Positions 28,068 to 38,803 of a stretch of DNA of 64,000 nt are shown piece after piece. This DNA is from Dehalococcoidia bacterium. Its GTDB lineage: Bacteria; Chloroflexota; Dehalococcoidia; UBA2979. Position 1 is the stretch's first letter. Each line of letters opens with the position of its first letter. Position numbers and translations under genes: made by a program. The notes beneath the pieces are model-generated. The model was not told where the DNA came from. It ran no database searches and saw nothing but the letters and a program-made list of their open reading frames with translations. The stretch spans positions 2,016,001 to 2,080,000 of the forward strand of contig OZ253555.1 in NCBI GenBank assembly GCA_965262725.1. The letters are read 5' to 3'.

Positions 28068-29066
28068 GTGAACGCGGTGCAAGATCCGTACTGCACCACA
28101 ATCGTGGGCGTGCCACTGGTGACGCAGGTACTTCCTGAGCGTGTCCATCGACAGCACCATAGCGGCCTGCCGCGATCGGGGCGTTCCCGCTTGACCGGGT
28201 ATCCGGCCGCTGCGGGTCGTGCTCAATCGCCGGAATCGGACACGCGGAGATCTCTCTCGGGCACGCGCTGCACGCCCTTAGATCGATGCGGACGGAGCGC
28301 GCTCGCTGACCGGCGCGAGGATGGGCGGGATCACCATCCTCGACGGCGCCGGACAGCTCGCGGACTTCATCAGCACCGGCCTGACGCCGGAGGAGCCTCA
28401 GCGGTTCGTCGACCTGCCCGGCGGATCGGAGTTCTGCGACTACCTGAGCAAGATTCCCGAACCGCTGAGGCTGGCGGACTTCTCCAGCCACACCACGGCG
28501 CTCGGCCTGCCCGAAGTCGAGCCCCCAGCGGGGCCGGTGCAGACCTTCCTGAGTACGCCCATCCGCCGCCGTGGCGCGCACGTCGGCAACCTCTCTCTGT
28601 CGGACAAGGAAGGTGACCGCGAGTTCACGCAGGAGGACGAGCAGATCCTCACCCTGTTCGCCTCACAGACGACGATGGCCATCGCAAACGCCCGCGCCCA
28701 TCAGGAGGAGCAGCGGGCCGGGCCGATCTGGAGACGCTGATCAACACCTCGCCCGTGAGCGTCGTGGTCTTCGACGCGGGGACCGGAGCCGCACCGTCCA
28801 TCAATCGCGAGGCGCGCAGGATCGTCGACGGACTGCGCATGCCGAAGCCGTCGCCCGAGCAGTTGCTGGAGGTCATGACCATCCTGCGAGGCAGCGGGCG
28901 CGATGTCTCCCTGGAGGACTTCCCATCGCGCAGGCGCTGGGCACCAGTGAGACGGTACGGGCCGAAGAGATCGTCGTGCGGGTCCCCGACGGGCGCAGCG
29001 TCACTATCCTGGTCAATGCCGCGCCGTTCCGCTCGGAGCAAGGCGAGTTCGATTCCGTCGTCGTCA
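28068..29066 (+). pseudogene. GAF/PAS sensor histidine kinase, 5' part (frameshifted, split by the integrated element)
   Basis: GAF (FLSTPIRRRG..VGNL...EFTQEDEQILTLFASQ) and PAS (EEIVVRVPDGRSVTILVNAAP) segments lie in shifting frames and end at ...FDSVVV. Confidence 0.85.
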
Positions 29067-30647
29067 GCCAAAGCTGACTGTACTGCGAACTGCCTCGGGC
29101 AACTCGACCTCCGCGGCGTCTGCGCCGTCGATCGGGCTGTCCGGCGGCGTCGGGATCGTGTAGCGGATCGTCGCCGTGCCGGGCTTCACCGTGATCTCCT
29201 TCACGAAGGAGCGGATGAACGCCTTCGACTCGGTGAGCTCGCTGGTCTGCAGGAACTCGCTCATCTCTCGCGCGAACGCCGCGATCACCTCCGCGCTGTC
29301 CAGCACCGCGCGGCGCTCCGCCAGGCTCCTGCGCGTCTCGTCGGCCGCTGCGTCGAGGCGCTCCTGACTCTCCTGATGCTGCCTCAGGCGCGGGAGGATG
29401 TCGTTGACCTCCAGGTCCGAGGTCTCAACCGCGTGCCAGAGCCGGTCCATCTTGCGGCGCACCTCGGCCAGCTCCGCCTCGATAGTCTCCAGCTTCGCCC
29501 GCTCCTCGCGCGCCACGCCGTCCATCTCCTCGTCGACGAGCCGCACGAGGTCGCGGATGTTGGACTCGGTGAGTATGTGCTCCCTGATCTGCTCGATGAT
29601 CCGCCGCTCGAAGCGCTGCGCGTTGAGGCGAGGCGTCCCGCAGGCTCCGCTGCCCCGCTTCAAGAGGGACTGGCAGACGTAGTAAGTGTACTTGCCGCTC
29701 TTCGCCTCGGCGGCCGTGAGCGCCCGCCGACAGCGCTGGCACTTGACGAGCCCGCTCAGCAGGTAGGGGCTGCCGGCGCGACGCGGATGGACCTGCGCGG
29801 GAGCCTTCGATCGCAGCAATTCCGCCACCTGCCGGAACTCCTCCCGGGAGACGATGGCAGGGAAGGCGTCCTCGACGCGCACGGGCGGCAGCCCGTCCTT
29901 GGCCGTGACGCCCCAGAGCAGGGTGCCCGCGTACGTCTCATTGGAGAGCATCTGGTGGATGGTCGTCTTGTTCCAGCGCTTGCCCCCGGGACTGGGGATG
30001 CCCTCGGCGTTGAACGTCTTGCTGATGTCGAGCACGCTGCGGCCCGCGAGCGCCATCTCGAAGATACGCCGCACCAGGCCGTCGGCGGGCGGGTTCAGCT
30101 CCAGCTTCGGGCGCTCCCTCGGGCCGTCCTGGACCTGCACCTTGCGGTAACCGTACGGAGCGCGGGGGGTCACCCAGAACCCGCGCGAGGCCGACTCGCG
30201 GAGGCCGCGCATGACCTCTTGTGCGAGATTTTCGCTGTAGAAGTCGTCCACGCTCTCGATGATCGCCTCCATCAGCTTGCCGGTCGGGGAGTCGTCGGCG
30301 TGCTCGGTGATCGAGACGACGCGGATGCCGCGGCGGCGCAGCATCGACTTGAAGGCGACGGCGTGCTCGCGCTTGCGGGTGAAGCGCGAGAATTTCCACA
30401 CGAGAATCTCACGGAACGGCGCGTCGGGCTCGCGTGCGGCGTCGAGCATCTTCGTGAACTGCGGGCGGTCGGCGATGCGGCCGCTCTCCGCCTCGTCGAC
30501 ATACTCGCGGACGACGGCGTAGCCGTTCTTCGCGGCGTAATCGCGCAGCGCCCGCAACTGCGCGGAGACGGAGAGGTCGACGTCCTGGCGGTCGCTGGAG
30601 ACGCGTGCGTAGAGGGCTGCGGGGGTGGGTTCGGTTCGTTCTGGCAT
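29064..30647 (-). CDS. large serine recombinase (integrase)
   Basis: YARVSS, SRFTR, recombinase domain APYGY, zinc ribbon LSGLVKC..C...YYVC, and a coiled coil. Confidence 0.95.
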   Translation of the reverse strand: MPERTEPTPAALYARVSSDRQDVDLSVSAQLRALRDYAAKNGYAVVREYVDEAESGRIADRPQFTKMLDAAREPDAPFREILVWKFSRFTRKREHAVAFKSMLRRRGIRVVSITEHADDSPTGKLMEAIIESVDDFYSENLAQEVMRGLRESASRGFWVTPRAPYGYRKVQVQDGPRERPKLELNPPADGLVRRIFEMALAGRSVLDISKTFNAEGIPSPGGKRWNKTTIHQMLSNETYAGTLLWGVTAKDGLPPVRVEDAFPAIVSREEFRQVAELLRSKAPAQVHPRRAGSPYLLSGLVKCQRCRRALTAAEAKSGKYTYYVCQSLLKRGSGACGTPRLNAQRFERRIIEQIREHILTESNIRDLVRLVDEEMDGVAREERAKLETIEAELAEVRRKMDRLWHAVETSDLEVNDILPRLRQHQESQERLDAAADETRRSLAERRAVLDSAEVIAAFAREMSEFLQTSELTESKAFIRSFVKEITVKPGTATIRYTIPTPPDSPIDGADAAEVELPEAVRSTVSFG

Positions 30648-31065
30648 CGGTTCGTGCTCCTCGCTCGGGCCCAATGTACCGGGCGGCCCGGTCCGCTGCG
30701 GCTCCGCTGCAAACGTTTGTCACACTCCAGCTACATCGCAGCTACATCGGAGCAAGCAATTCCCGGAAATCGCCCCAAGAGTCCCATGCACGGGACTGCC
30801 GCGCCGCCGCGCAGGGGCTACGATGCGTACGTACGTTCCAGCACGAGCATACGACAGGCACGACGGGCTCGCCATCACCGGCGGGCTGCGCGCACGGGAG
30901 ACGGACGCGGGTACGCAGCGAGTGTCGAGACCATTTCACGCGTGTAGTCCCTTGCGCGGGATTGTCTGGCGGTCGTCGATCGCCGACGCTCGTCTGCGTG
31001 GAACAGCCGTTCTGTGAACGGCGTCGATTCGAAGGGTGCGGCCGACGCGCCCGCAGGAGACGAGT

Positions 31066-31269
31066 GTGGATACGCAGCCACAGATGGACGACGAACGGGA
31101 GCGGATGCGCCTCGACGGCCTGCGCGCACTGGCGCGCATCATCGCGCGCCACGCCCTCACTCACCCCGACCGCTACACCGATCATCGGGGCGACCGCTCG
31201 GTCGCAGCGCCGGCGGCGGGCTGCGGCGGTGCCGCCGCGAAGCCGGCCCGGAAGGATGGCGCGGCATGA
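31066..31269 (+). CDS. small hypothetical protein (candidate recombination directionality factor)
   Basis: GTG after AGGAG, divergent from the integrase and coupled to the HTH genes. Function is inferred from position only. Confidence 0.5.
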   Translation: MDTQPQMDDERERMRLDGLRALARIIARHALTHPDRYTDHRGDRSVAAPAAGCGGAAAKPARKDGAA

Positions 31270-31556
31270 GGCGCAGCGCCTACCCGCCACGGCACCTGTT
31301 CGTCGACGCGACGCCCGTCGTGAACGACCTCCCGGCGCGCCTCGCTCGCCTCAAGCAGGCGATCGGCCTCCCCTGGGACGGGCTGGCGGCGTGCCTGGGC
31401 GTCGATCCGCGCCAGCTGCAGCGCTGGCGCAACGGCACGATGCCGAACGGCTTCGCGATGGCCGCGCTGTTCCTGCTGGCCGACCGGATCCCGGGCGGCG
31501 CAGGGATCCTGCGTGGCGACGGCTGCGTCTCGCCAGACGGATGCGAGGGGCAATGA
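31266..31556 (+). CDS. XRE-type HTH protein
   Basis: LARLKQAIGLPWDGLAACLGVDPRQLQRWRNGTMP. Confidence 0.75.
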   Translation: MRRSAYPPRHLFVDATPVVNDLPARLARLKQAIGLPWDGLAACLGVDPRQLQRWRNGTMPNGFAMAALFLLADRIPGGAGILRGDGCVSPDGCEGQ

Positions 31557-31557
31557 C

Positions 31558-32061
31558 ATGGTGTCCCGGATGCGGGCGCATCGGCCCGTCGTCTCCGATC
31601 TCCCGGACGACTTCGGGGAGCGGATCGAGGAGTTCCGTGTCGCGGGTGGGCTGACCGTGCGGTCGCTGGCGCGCCTGCTCGGCGTCAGCCCCCACCGGGT
31701 CCGCGAGTGGCGCGGGGGCGTCGCTCCAGCTTCGCGCCACCTCTACCTGCTATTGATGATCGCCGAGCGCATGGGGCTGCGCGACGTCCTGATGCGCCCC
31801 GACGACGACCTTCCGGCTGAGGTAGAGCGGCAGATCGCCGCCGGCAGAGGCGACTACCGCCCGCCACAAGGCTCACCTCGCCCGCTCCGGGTACGCGAGA
31901 GGGAGCACCATCCATGGGCGCGGCCGTGGCGACCGTCCCTCGCAGCGCCGATGAGGTGCCCTGGACCGGCGGCGCCTGCGGAGACCGAGGCAGTGCTACT
32001 CGCGGGGGCCGTTCACACGAAGGAAGGTGACAACCGGAGGGTAGAGCGTCCCCGCAGGTGA
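31558..32061 (+). CDS. XRE-type HTH protein
   Basis: FGERIEEFRVAGGLTVRSLARLLGVSPHRVREWRGGVAP. Confidence 0.75.
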   Translation: MVSRMRAHRPVVSDLPDDFGERIEEFRVAGGLTVRSLARLLGVSPHRVREWRGGVAPASRHLYLLLMIAERMGLRDVLMRPDDDLPAEVERQIAAGRGDYRPPQGSPRPLRVREREHHPWARPWRPSLAAPMRCPGPAAPAETEAVLLAGAVHTKEGDNRRVERPRR

Positions 32062-32796
32062 TGAGCGTATCTTCAGCGGACTACTTGGGTCGCGATTCCC
32101 CTTGGACAACTCGAAGCTGCACTCACCTCGTGCACCGTCGGCGGCCGTGATCTCCACGGTCATGCGCCAAGTCCAGGTGTCGTCCAAATGGATGCTCTTC
32201 GCTCTGGATCGTTGACTGCCATCGGCGTAGGCGATCCTCCCGGACGAATCAGTGTTCTCGAATTCGAGAACACGCAGATCGGCCCCCTTCGGCGTTACCT
32301 CGACAGTGTCGCCGCCCCCGTAGCTGTCTGACCACAGGAGCAGTCCCGGCTGGCGTGCATCTCGCTCGTCGTACCAATCGCGCACGGAGGCATTCAGGGG
32401 CTCAATCTCGGTGAGCACTCCGCGCGCACCGGAGTGGACCTTTCCATCCGCGCTCGACGCGTGGGCAGTGACGAGATAGCCGCTGTTGCGACCTTGCGGG
32501 CCGTAGCGCTGGCGGCGCTCGACTTGCGGCTTGATCACGATCGCTTGAGGCGGAGTGCGAACGCGTCCAAGAAACCACATGACCCAACCGGAAAGTGCGA
32601 TCACGGCCGCGACGGTCAGAATGACCCACTCCCACTCGAGCCGGAGATACACGCGTTCAACGACGGCAAGGGCCCCGCCGAGAGTCGGCGGGATGCTCAG
32701 TGCAAACGCGAGGTGAGAGTATCCAGCCCGGAACGTTCGAGCACGGTTCGGCCAGCGGAATTTCATGAGGCCAGTATAGGTTCGCGCGATGTGCAA
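31996..32796 (-). CDS. hypothetical membrane protein
   Basis: Two N-terminal hydrophobic helices followed by a beta-rich domain. Confidence 0.55.
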   Translation of the reverse strand: MHIARTYTGLMKFRWPNRARTFRAGYSHLAFALSIPPTLGGALAVVERVYLRLEWEWVILTVAAVIALSGWVMWFLGRVRTPPQAIVIKPQVERRQRYGPQGRNSGYLVTAHASSADGKVHSGARGVLTEIEPLNASVRDWYDERDARQPGLLLWSDSYGGGDTVEVTPKGADLRVLEFENTDSSGRIAYADGSQRSRAKSIHLDDTWTWRMTVEITAADGARGECSFELSKGNRDPSSPLKIRSSPAGTLYPPVVTFLRVNGPRE

Positions 32797-33086
32797 GTGC
32801 CGCGGTCGTGGCAGCGTCTGCTCAGTCCTGGCTGACTCGACGATGGCAATCCCGAGCGACCCGCTGATCGGAGGCGTCGAGTTAACATCCGATTCCGAGC
32901 GAGCCTGACCAAGTGGAGAGTCTCGGGGCGGCAGGTGTCCTCACACTCCTGGTACCCGAGCGAGACGCGGTGGCCGATGTCTGGAACAGCAATGCCCGAG
33001 TATCAGGACACTGAAACGGCGCGAGCGAAGCCTTGGCTGTGACCATCGACAGAGCGGAAGCTCTCACATGTCCGGTGTGCAGCGGC

Positions 33087-34739
33087 TCAGGCATCTCCAA
33101 AGGGGCGGCAGCGCGTCCAGCCGCCACCGGGGTTGAGCCAGACCGGCCCGAGCGGCCCTACTTCTTCAACGAGGTCGGTGTGCGAAACGAGCAACGGCAG
33201 GTCCACGCCTGAGCGCTCGATCTCGTGCTGCGCCACGCGCAGGAAGTGGTGCGCGGCGAGTTCGTCGCCGAAGACGACGAGCACTGCGGGACGTGCGCCG
33301 TGGTCATCGGTGGGCCGCCGTGAGGCGTAGTAGCGCAGGTAGGGTGCGAGCTTGGCCGCCATCGTGCTCGGGCGCACCGCGCGGCGCTCCCACTCGACGA
33401 AGCACGGCCACACCGTCCCCTCGCGGCGCAGCACGGCGAAGGCGTCAGGCAGGACCGAGCGCAGGCGTCCGTCGCGGCGGAAGTAGCGCGACGCGCGGTG
33501 CGGCGGGTCGAGCTGGACGAGGTCCCAGCCAGCGGCGCGCGACTGCTCGGCGAGCGCCGCGATGAAGCCGTGCACGGCGGTGGTGTGTTCGATGTTGCGC
33601 AGCAACTGGCGGCTGCGCCGGCCGGCGACGTCGCGCCAGCCGCCCGCGGCGCCTGTGTCCAGCGGCGCGGCGCTCCAGCGCTTCTTGGCGAGTCCGGCGG
33701 AGGTGCGGTCGCGCCGGGCGATGAGCGTCAGACCGCGCTCGGTGAGGACGAGGCGGCCATTGGCTGCGGGCGCACGCGCCGCGAGTCCGCGGTCTCGGAG
33801 GGCCGAGGCGATCTGCGCCGTCCGCGAGCGCGAGACGCCGAGCAGGACTTGCAGGTGCTCCAGGCTGAGCCACGGCCAGTCGGCCAACAGGTCGAGCGCG
33901 CGCTTCTCGGCGGGCCTCAGCAGCGCCGGCAGCAGGCAGTTGCGCACATCACGCCCCGGCGCGTCGACGGCCAGTGCCGCGGGCGGTGTCAGGCGTGCGA
34001 GCGGCCGTTCCTCCGGCAGCACGCCGTGCGGGACCGCCCGATCGAGGACGGCCTCGAGAGGGATCGCGGCGTTGACCGAGGGCAGCCTCCAGATCGCGGC
34101 GTCGGGAGTGAGCGTCGCCTCTCGCTCGAGCGCCAGAACGGCGGGCACGGGAAAGCCGGCCAGCAGCCCGCGCGCGTGGCGCAGCCGCACTTCGTCCGGG
34201 AGGAGCAGCAGCACCACGCCGGGGAGCGACCCTGCGCGCAATCGCCAGAGCCGGTTGGCGAGGCCCGTGCGGTCGGCGCTGCGACCCACGCGGACGACGC
34301 CGACGCAGCGGCCATCGGGGAGCGCGATCGCGGCGTCCAGCGGCAGGCCGCGGTACCAGCGGAAGCCGATCGGCCAGGAGATGTCGGAGACCGCGCACAC
34401 GAGCCGGTAGATCGCGGCCAGGCCGTCCAGGCGCTGTAGCAGGATACGTAGCCATTGCGCGGAGACGGAGCGCTGTCGCAGCAACTCCTCCTCGCTCACG
34501 CCGTCGTCGCGGGCGAGGATGCGCACGCCAGCCTCGGTGAGGTGAAACCTGTGCGTGGGCGCAATCAGCTCCGTGGCGTGAGGAACGGAGGCGGCGAACC
34601 CGGCCTCCTCCAGGCGGCGGACGCCCGCGTAGACCGCGCCCCGCGACCAGCCGGAGAGGGCGACCAGCTCCAGCCGGTCGAGGAAGGGCATCTCGGCCAG
34701 CCGGCGCAGCAACTCCGGGGTGCTCGCGGCCGGGCTCAT
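33087..34739 (-). CDS. replication-relaxation (Replic_Relax) family protein with duplicated wHTH modules
   Basis: EHTTAVH...PDAFAVL...FVEWER...KLAPY..YY. Coupled to the coupling-protein gene. Confidence 0.8.
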   Translation of the reverse strand: MSPAASTPELLRRLAEMPFLDRLELVALSGWSRGAVYAGVRRLEEAGFAASVPHATELIAPTHRFHLTEAGVRILARDDGVSEEELLRQRSVSAQWLRILLQRLDGLAAIYRLVCAVSDISWPIGFRWYRGLPLDAAIALPDGRCVGVVRVGRSADRTGLANRLWRLRAGSLPGVVLLLLPDEVRLRHARGLLAGFPVPAVLALEREATLTPDAAIWRLPSVNAAIPLEAVLDRAVPHGVLPEERPLARLTPPAALAVDAPGRDVRNCLLPALLRPAEKRALDLLADWPWLSLEHLQVLLGVSRSRTAQIASALRDRGLAARAPAANGRLVLTERGLTLIARRDRTSAGLAKKRWSAAPLDTGAAGGWRDVAGRRSRQLLRNIEHTTAVHGFIAALAEQSRAAGWDLVQLDPPHRASRYFRRDGRLRSVLPDAFAVLRREGTVWPCFVEWERRAVRPSTMAAKLAPYLRYYASRRPTDDHGARPAVLVVFGDELAAHHFLRVAQHEIERSGVDLPLLVSHTDLVEEVGPLGPVWLNPGGGWTRCRPFGDA

Positions 34740-37333
34740 CCGTCCCGCTCATCCCCGGGCGCCTCCGGCGCGTCCCCGCCGGGCTTGCGGTCGCGCCTGC
34801 TGCGCTGCCTGCGCTTCTTCGGTTGCTCGGGAGCCTCGTCCCCGCTCTCCGCCGCCTGCGCGCCGTTCCGGCCGTTCCGCAGCTCGCCCAGGCCCTCGCG
34901 GTAGCGCTCCGCCCGTTCCCGCGCCCCGGCGTCGCGCTCGGCGATGTCGGCAGCCGGCGTCAGGTAGGCCGCGGCGTCCGCGCGGATGCGGTCAGCAACG
35001 ACCGGGTTACCGTCCTCGGGCTTGCGCACCGCCATCGAGAACGTCGACATGCGCTCGCCGCCCGCCGTGGCGCGCACGTAGGCGTGGTGCACAGGCAGCG
35101 AGACGATGTCTTCCTCGGTGACGCGCTCCTTGCCGAGCTCCCAGACCAGCTGCCGGGCGTCGGCGCCCGCTACCTGGAAGACGGCGAGGCAGCCGACGTT
35201 GGCGAGCAGCGTGTCCTGCATCGTCGGCGAGAGGTCGGACAGCTTCGCGAGGCTCTGCGTCGCGAGCACGAAGGAGGCCCCGAACTTGCCCAGCTCCGAG
35301 AGCATCGACTCGTAGTCGACGCCCGGCATCGCCTGCATCTCGTCGATGACAACCAGCGCGCCCCGGCGCTGCTCAGGCGGCAGCCCGCCCTGCTCGCGGA
35401 TGACGGCATCGACGAGGTTGAGGATCGACGAGCCCACGAGCGCGGCCACGTCGCGCCCGGCCGTACCCTGCGCCGTCGAGACGAAGAGGATGCCGCCGTC
35501 GAGGATCGTGCGCCTGAGGTCGATCGTGGAGCGGGACTGGCCGAGGATCGCGCGCGCCCGCTTCGAGGAGGCGTAGTAGGAGAGCCGCGTCTGCACCGGC
35601 GCGAGCGCGTCGGCCTGGTACTGGCGTGTCCAGGAGGCGAAGTCGCGCCCCCACCACGGCAGCAGGTAGGGGTCGCTCACCTTCTCCAGCACGCTCGCGC
35701 GGAACCCCTCGTCGGAGAGCAGCCGCAGCCCGTCGAGGATCGTGTGCTGCTCGTCCGCCGCGGTGTCGGGGTGGGCGTTGGCCTCGTGCAGCGTCTTCAC
35801 CGTCTGCTCGAGGATCGACTGCATGCGCGGCCCCCACTGCTCCCACAGCCCCTTCGCCACGCGCACCACCGAGTCGGCGGTGCGGTCGCGGTCGGTGAAG
35901 ACGCGCGTGTCGAGCAGGTTGATGCCGGGCGCGCCGCGCCCGTCGGCGAGGTCGACGAGCCGTACCTGGTCGATGAGCGACTCGGGCACGTGCCCGAGCA
36001 GGTCCTCGACGAGGTCGGCGTGGGGGTCGACGACGATGATCGCGTCACCGTCGCGGCCCGCAGCCTTCTCGCGCAGCTTGTGCACGACGAGGTGCTGCAT
36101 GAGCGTCGACTTGCCCATGCGCGTGCGCGCCACGTAGAGGTGGTGGCTGCCGCGCAGCAGGTCCGGGGGGAAGTGGATCGGGCGCGGCGCGCCCGAGGTC
36201 GTGTCGCCGACGTGCGCGCCGCCGCGCACGCTGCGCGCCGTGGGCAGCAGCACCTTGGCGCCTGCGCGCGCCACGAGCGGCGTCTCGTCCTGCGCGCCCG
36301 GCGGGTGCCAGAGGCTCGCCGCCTCACGCACGCCGAGCACGCTGCGCTTGCCGAACAGGCCGGGACCCGAGGGCTGCATCCGCGCCGGCTGGGGGAGCGC
36401 GGGCCGTACCCTGCCTCCCCGGAAGCGCGCGCCCGCGGGATGGTCGTAGTCGCGGTAGGCGGCCGCCGCCTGGCCGAGCAGTTCCTTCGCTCTCTGCTTC
36501 GCGCCCGAGGGCACGATCGCGAAGACCTGCACCTCGCCCTCGAAGGCGATGCGCGAGACCTTCTCCTTGATCAGCAGCGGGTCGTGGACGCGCCTGTGCG
36601 CCTTCCTGAAGCGATGCCACGCCCAGCCCAGGGTCGCGAGCCCGAGCGCGATGCCGCTGCCCAGCGCGACCGTCTTCCAGCCCTCGCCCGCCTGCCACCA
36701 CTGGTAGCCCCTGAGGGCGGCGGCGCCTGCGACGAAGAGGAGAGCCAGGGCCACCCCATCGTTGGTGTGGCGTCGCACATCGCTCGTGTGGGCGTCGTGA
36801 TGCGGCTCCTGCACGGCTTTGCGGTGCGGCCGCTCCTGGTGCGCCTCGGCCCAGTCCGGGCCGAGCGAACGCAGCAGCAGCCGCGCGACGACGCGCTCGC
36901 CCTCGCGCAGCTCGGAGAGCGCGCCGAGCAGGCCCATCAGCGGGTCGGCGCCGGCGTCGAGCAGGTCGTCGTCGCGGAAGGAGCGCAGCGGCACGTACTC
37001 GGGGCCGCCCGAGCGCAGCGTCAGCGACCACGCCTGCTCGCCCGCCGCGAGCAGCAGCGGGTCCTCGTCGGCCGGGACCTCGTGGATGCGCGCCTGCGGG
37101 TAGCGGGTGGCGATCTGGCCGCGCACGACCTGGTCGCTCTCGCAACGCGCGAGCAGCGTGACGCCATCCGCGTCGCCCGCCAGCTCCAGCGAGAACGGCT
37201 CGGGCACGGCGATCGAGCCGAGCAGGTTCTCGACGGCGAGCAGCGTGCGCTCGCCAGTGCGCGGCGGCGTCAGCGCCAGCAGGGTCGGCGGGTCGCGGTG
37301 GCGCCTGAACAGGCGCAGGGGGTTGAGTCTCAT
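34736..37333 (-). CDS. VirD4/TraD-like type IV coupling ATPase
   Basis: Two TM helices, Walker A ARTRMGKST, VVDPHADL, Walker B VVIDEMQ and LATQSL. Confidence 0.88.
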   Translation of the reverse strand: MRLNPLRLFRRHRDPPTLLALTPPRTGERTLLAVENLLGSIAVPEPFSLELAGDADGVTLLARCESDQVVRGQIATRYPQARIHEVPADEDPLLLAAGEQAWSLTLRSGGPEYVPLRSFRDDDLLDAGADPLMGLLGALSELREGERVVARLLLRSLGPDWAEAHQERPHRKAVQEPHHDAHTSDVRRHTNDGVALALLFVAGAAALRGYQWWQAGEGWKTVALGSGIALGLATLGWAWHRFRKAHRRVHDPLLIKEKVSRIAFEGEVQVFAIVPSGAKQRAKELLGQAAAAYRDYDHPAGARFRGGRVRPALPQPARMQPSGPGLFGKRSVLGVREAASLWHPPGAQDETPLVARAGAKVLLPTARSVRGGAHVGDTTSGAPRPIHFPPDLLRGSHHLYVARTRMGKSTLMQHLVVHKLREKAAGRDGDAIIVVDPHADLVEDLLGHVPESLIDQVRLVDLADGRGAPGINLLDTRVFTDRDRTADSVVRVAKGLWEQWGPRMQSILEQTVKTLHEANAHPDTAADEQHTILDGLRLLSDEGFRASVLEKVSDPYLLPWWGRDFASWTRQYQADALAPVQTRLSYYASSKRARAILGQSRSTIDLRRTILDGGILFVSTAQGTAGRDVAALVGSSILNLVDAVIREQGGLPPEQRRGALVVIDEMQAMPGVDYESMLSELGKFGASFVLATQSLAKLSDLSPTMQDTLLANVGCLAVFQVAGADARQLVWELGKERVTEEDIVSLPVHHAYVRATAGGERMSTFSMAVRKPEDGNPVVADRIRADAAAYLTPAADIAERDAGARERAERYREGLGELRNGRNGAQAAESGDEAPEQPKKRRQRSRRDRKPGGDAPEAPGDERDG

Positions 37334-37810
37334 CGTTCGCTCCGTTTCCTACCGGTCGTTCCGGGTGTCTGCGCCGCGCGCCCGTTGCTCGCGGCGTCAA
37401 CGATCGAGTGTGGCCGCCGGACGTCCGCTTTCTAATGGCCTGTAGGGGGGCCTCCCGACGAACCCCCTTACAGGGCCTCTACGTCGCGGCGCCGATCGTG
37501 CTGAGATCGGTGCTGCGGCGCCGCGTGGACGTGCGGGGCCTGTACAGAGAAGTGCGTCAGTTCCCGAACGGGAAGTGGCGGTCGTGAGCAAGGCGTCGCA
37601 AGGGGAATACGCGTGTCGGGGGCTGCCGGCTACATCGCAGCAAGCACGTCGGTGTTCGGTCGTGTTCCGGGCCACGCGGGCGAGAGTTCCCGTTTGGGAA
37701 GTCGCGATCCGGGTGGTGGGGAGGGTCGAGCCGGCCCCTGGCGGCAGGCGATCGGGACGGACCGCGGCGGTTGAGGGGCCGGCGAGGGGCGTGCGAGGAG
37801 GCGAACACGG

Positions 37811-38662
37811 ATGGATGAGCAGCGACTGAACGGTCACGAGGAACTGGACGCCGAGGTGCTGCGCCGGCTGCGCCTGAACGAGCTGCTGCGCGACCTCGTG
37901 CGCGAGCGGGGGCGCATGGAGGCGGCGGCGCTGATGGGGGTCAACTACAAGACGCTGGTGCGCGCGGAGGAGTCGGGCCGGCTCACGGGCCGCATGATGC
38001 ATGCGTTGGAGCGGCTGCAACTGTCGGGCGACGCTCCCACGGAGGCAGCGCAGCGGGAGCGCGTCGGCGAACTCGAGCGGCGTGTGGGACTGCTGGAGGC
38101 GAGCCTGGCCGCGCTGGCGGACGAGCTGCGTGCTGGCCCTGGCGAGCCGCGCGAGGCTGTGCGGGGCAAGACGCGCAAGCGTGAGGAGTCACCGCGACGG
38201 GCACCCGAGCGGAGCCGGGAGCCGCAGGCCGCGCTGCCGACCCCCGCGCCTGCGGGGCCGGCTCCGGCAGTGTCGGGGCTGCAGCCCCGCAAGCCTGGGG
38301 CGCTGCGGCGTCCGTTCCCCGACGTGGTCACCGAGCAGCCCGCCGACGATGACGCCGAGGTCTACGGCGAGGCGTGGCCGCTCGTCGACGAGTGGCGCTT
38401 ACTGCGGGCCGGCCATCCCCACGACGGCAAGGGCGTGCGGTGGCTCGAGACCGACGAGCGCATCCTCACTCTCGAGCTGTCCATGCTCGAGGAGCACGGG
38501 CTGACGCTGCCGCCCGAGACGCAGCCGCTGCGCGGCTTCGCGCGCAAGGGGCAGACGAGATGGCGCAAGACGGCCCTCTACGACACTCAGCGGGCGCTCG
38601 CTTGGGCAAGACTGCGGCGCTGGGTGCGGCGGGTGCTGACGCTCGGGCTCTGGTGGAGGTAG
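37811..38662 (+). CDS. hypothetical protein with an N-terminal HTH and coiled coil
   Basis: RBS GAGGAGG and the segment MEAAALMGVNYKTLVRAEESG. Confidence 0.65.
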   Translation: MDEQRLNGHEELDAEVLRRLRLNELLRDLVRERGRMEAAALMGVNYKTLVRAEESGRLTGRMMHALERLQLSGDAPTEAAQRERVGELERRVGLLEASLAALADELRAGPGEPREAVRGKTRKREESPRRAPERSREPQAALPTPAPAGPAPAVSGLQPRKPGALRRPFPDVVTEQPADDDAEVYGEAWPLVDEWRLLRAGHPHDGKGVRWLETDERILTLELSMLEEHGLTLPPETQPLRGFARKGQTRWRKTALYDTQRALAWARLRRWVRRVLTLGLWWR

Positions 38663-38693
38663 TCCGAGGTTCCGCGGAAGCGCCGCTACGCGA

Positions 38694-38768
38694 GGCGGCG
38701 GAAGCAACATCCGAGAGTGGATCATCGAGAACGACTGGATCGAGGCGATCGTGGCGCTGCCGGACCAG
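38694..38768 (+). pseudogene. short hsdM fragment
   Basis: 38717-38768 matches hsdM 18831-18882 at 50 of 52 nt (WIIENDW.EAIVALPDQ). Confidence 0.8.
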
Positions 38769-38803
38769 TTCGCGCCCCGCCGGTGGTGCCGAGCCGCAGC
38801 CTG

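Noticed and set aside
28755-37435. Long opposite-strand ORFs (28755-30947, 34823-37435, and similar ones over hsdM, hsdR and the tad genes)
   Set aside because: These are high-GC shadow frames of well-supported genes and contain no motifs.
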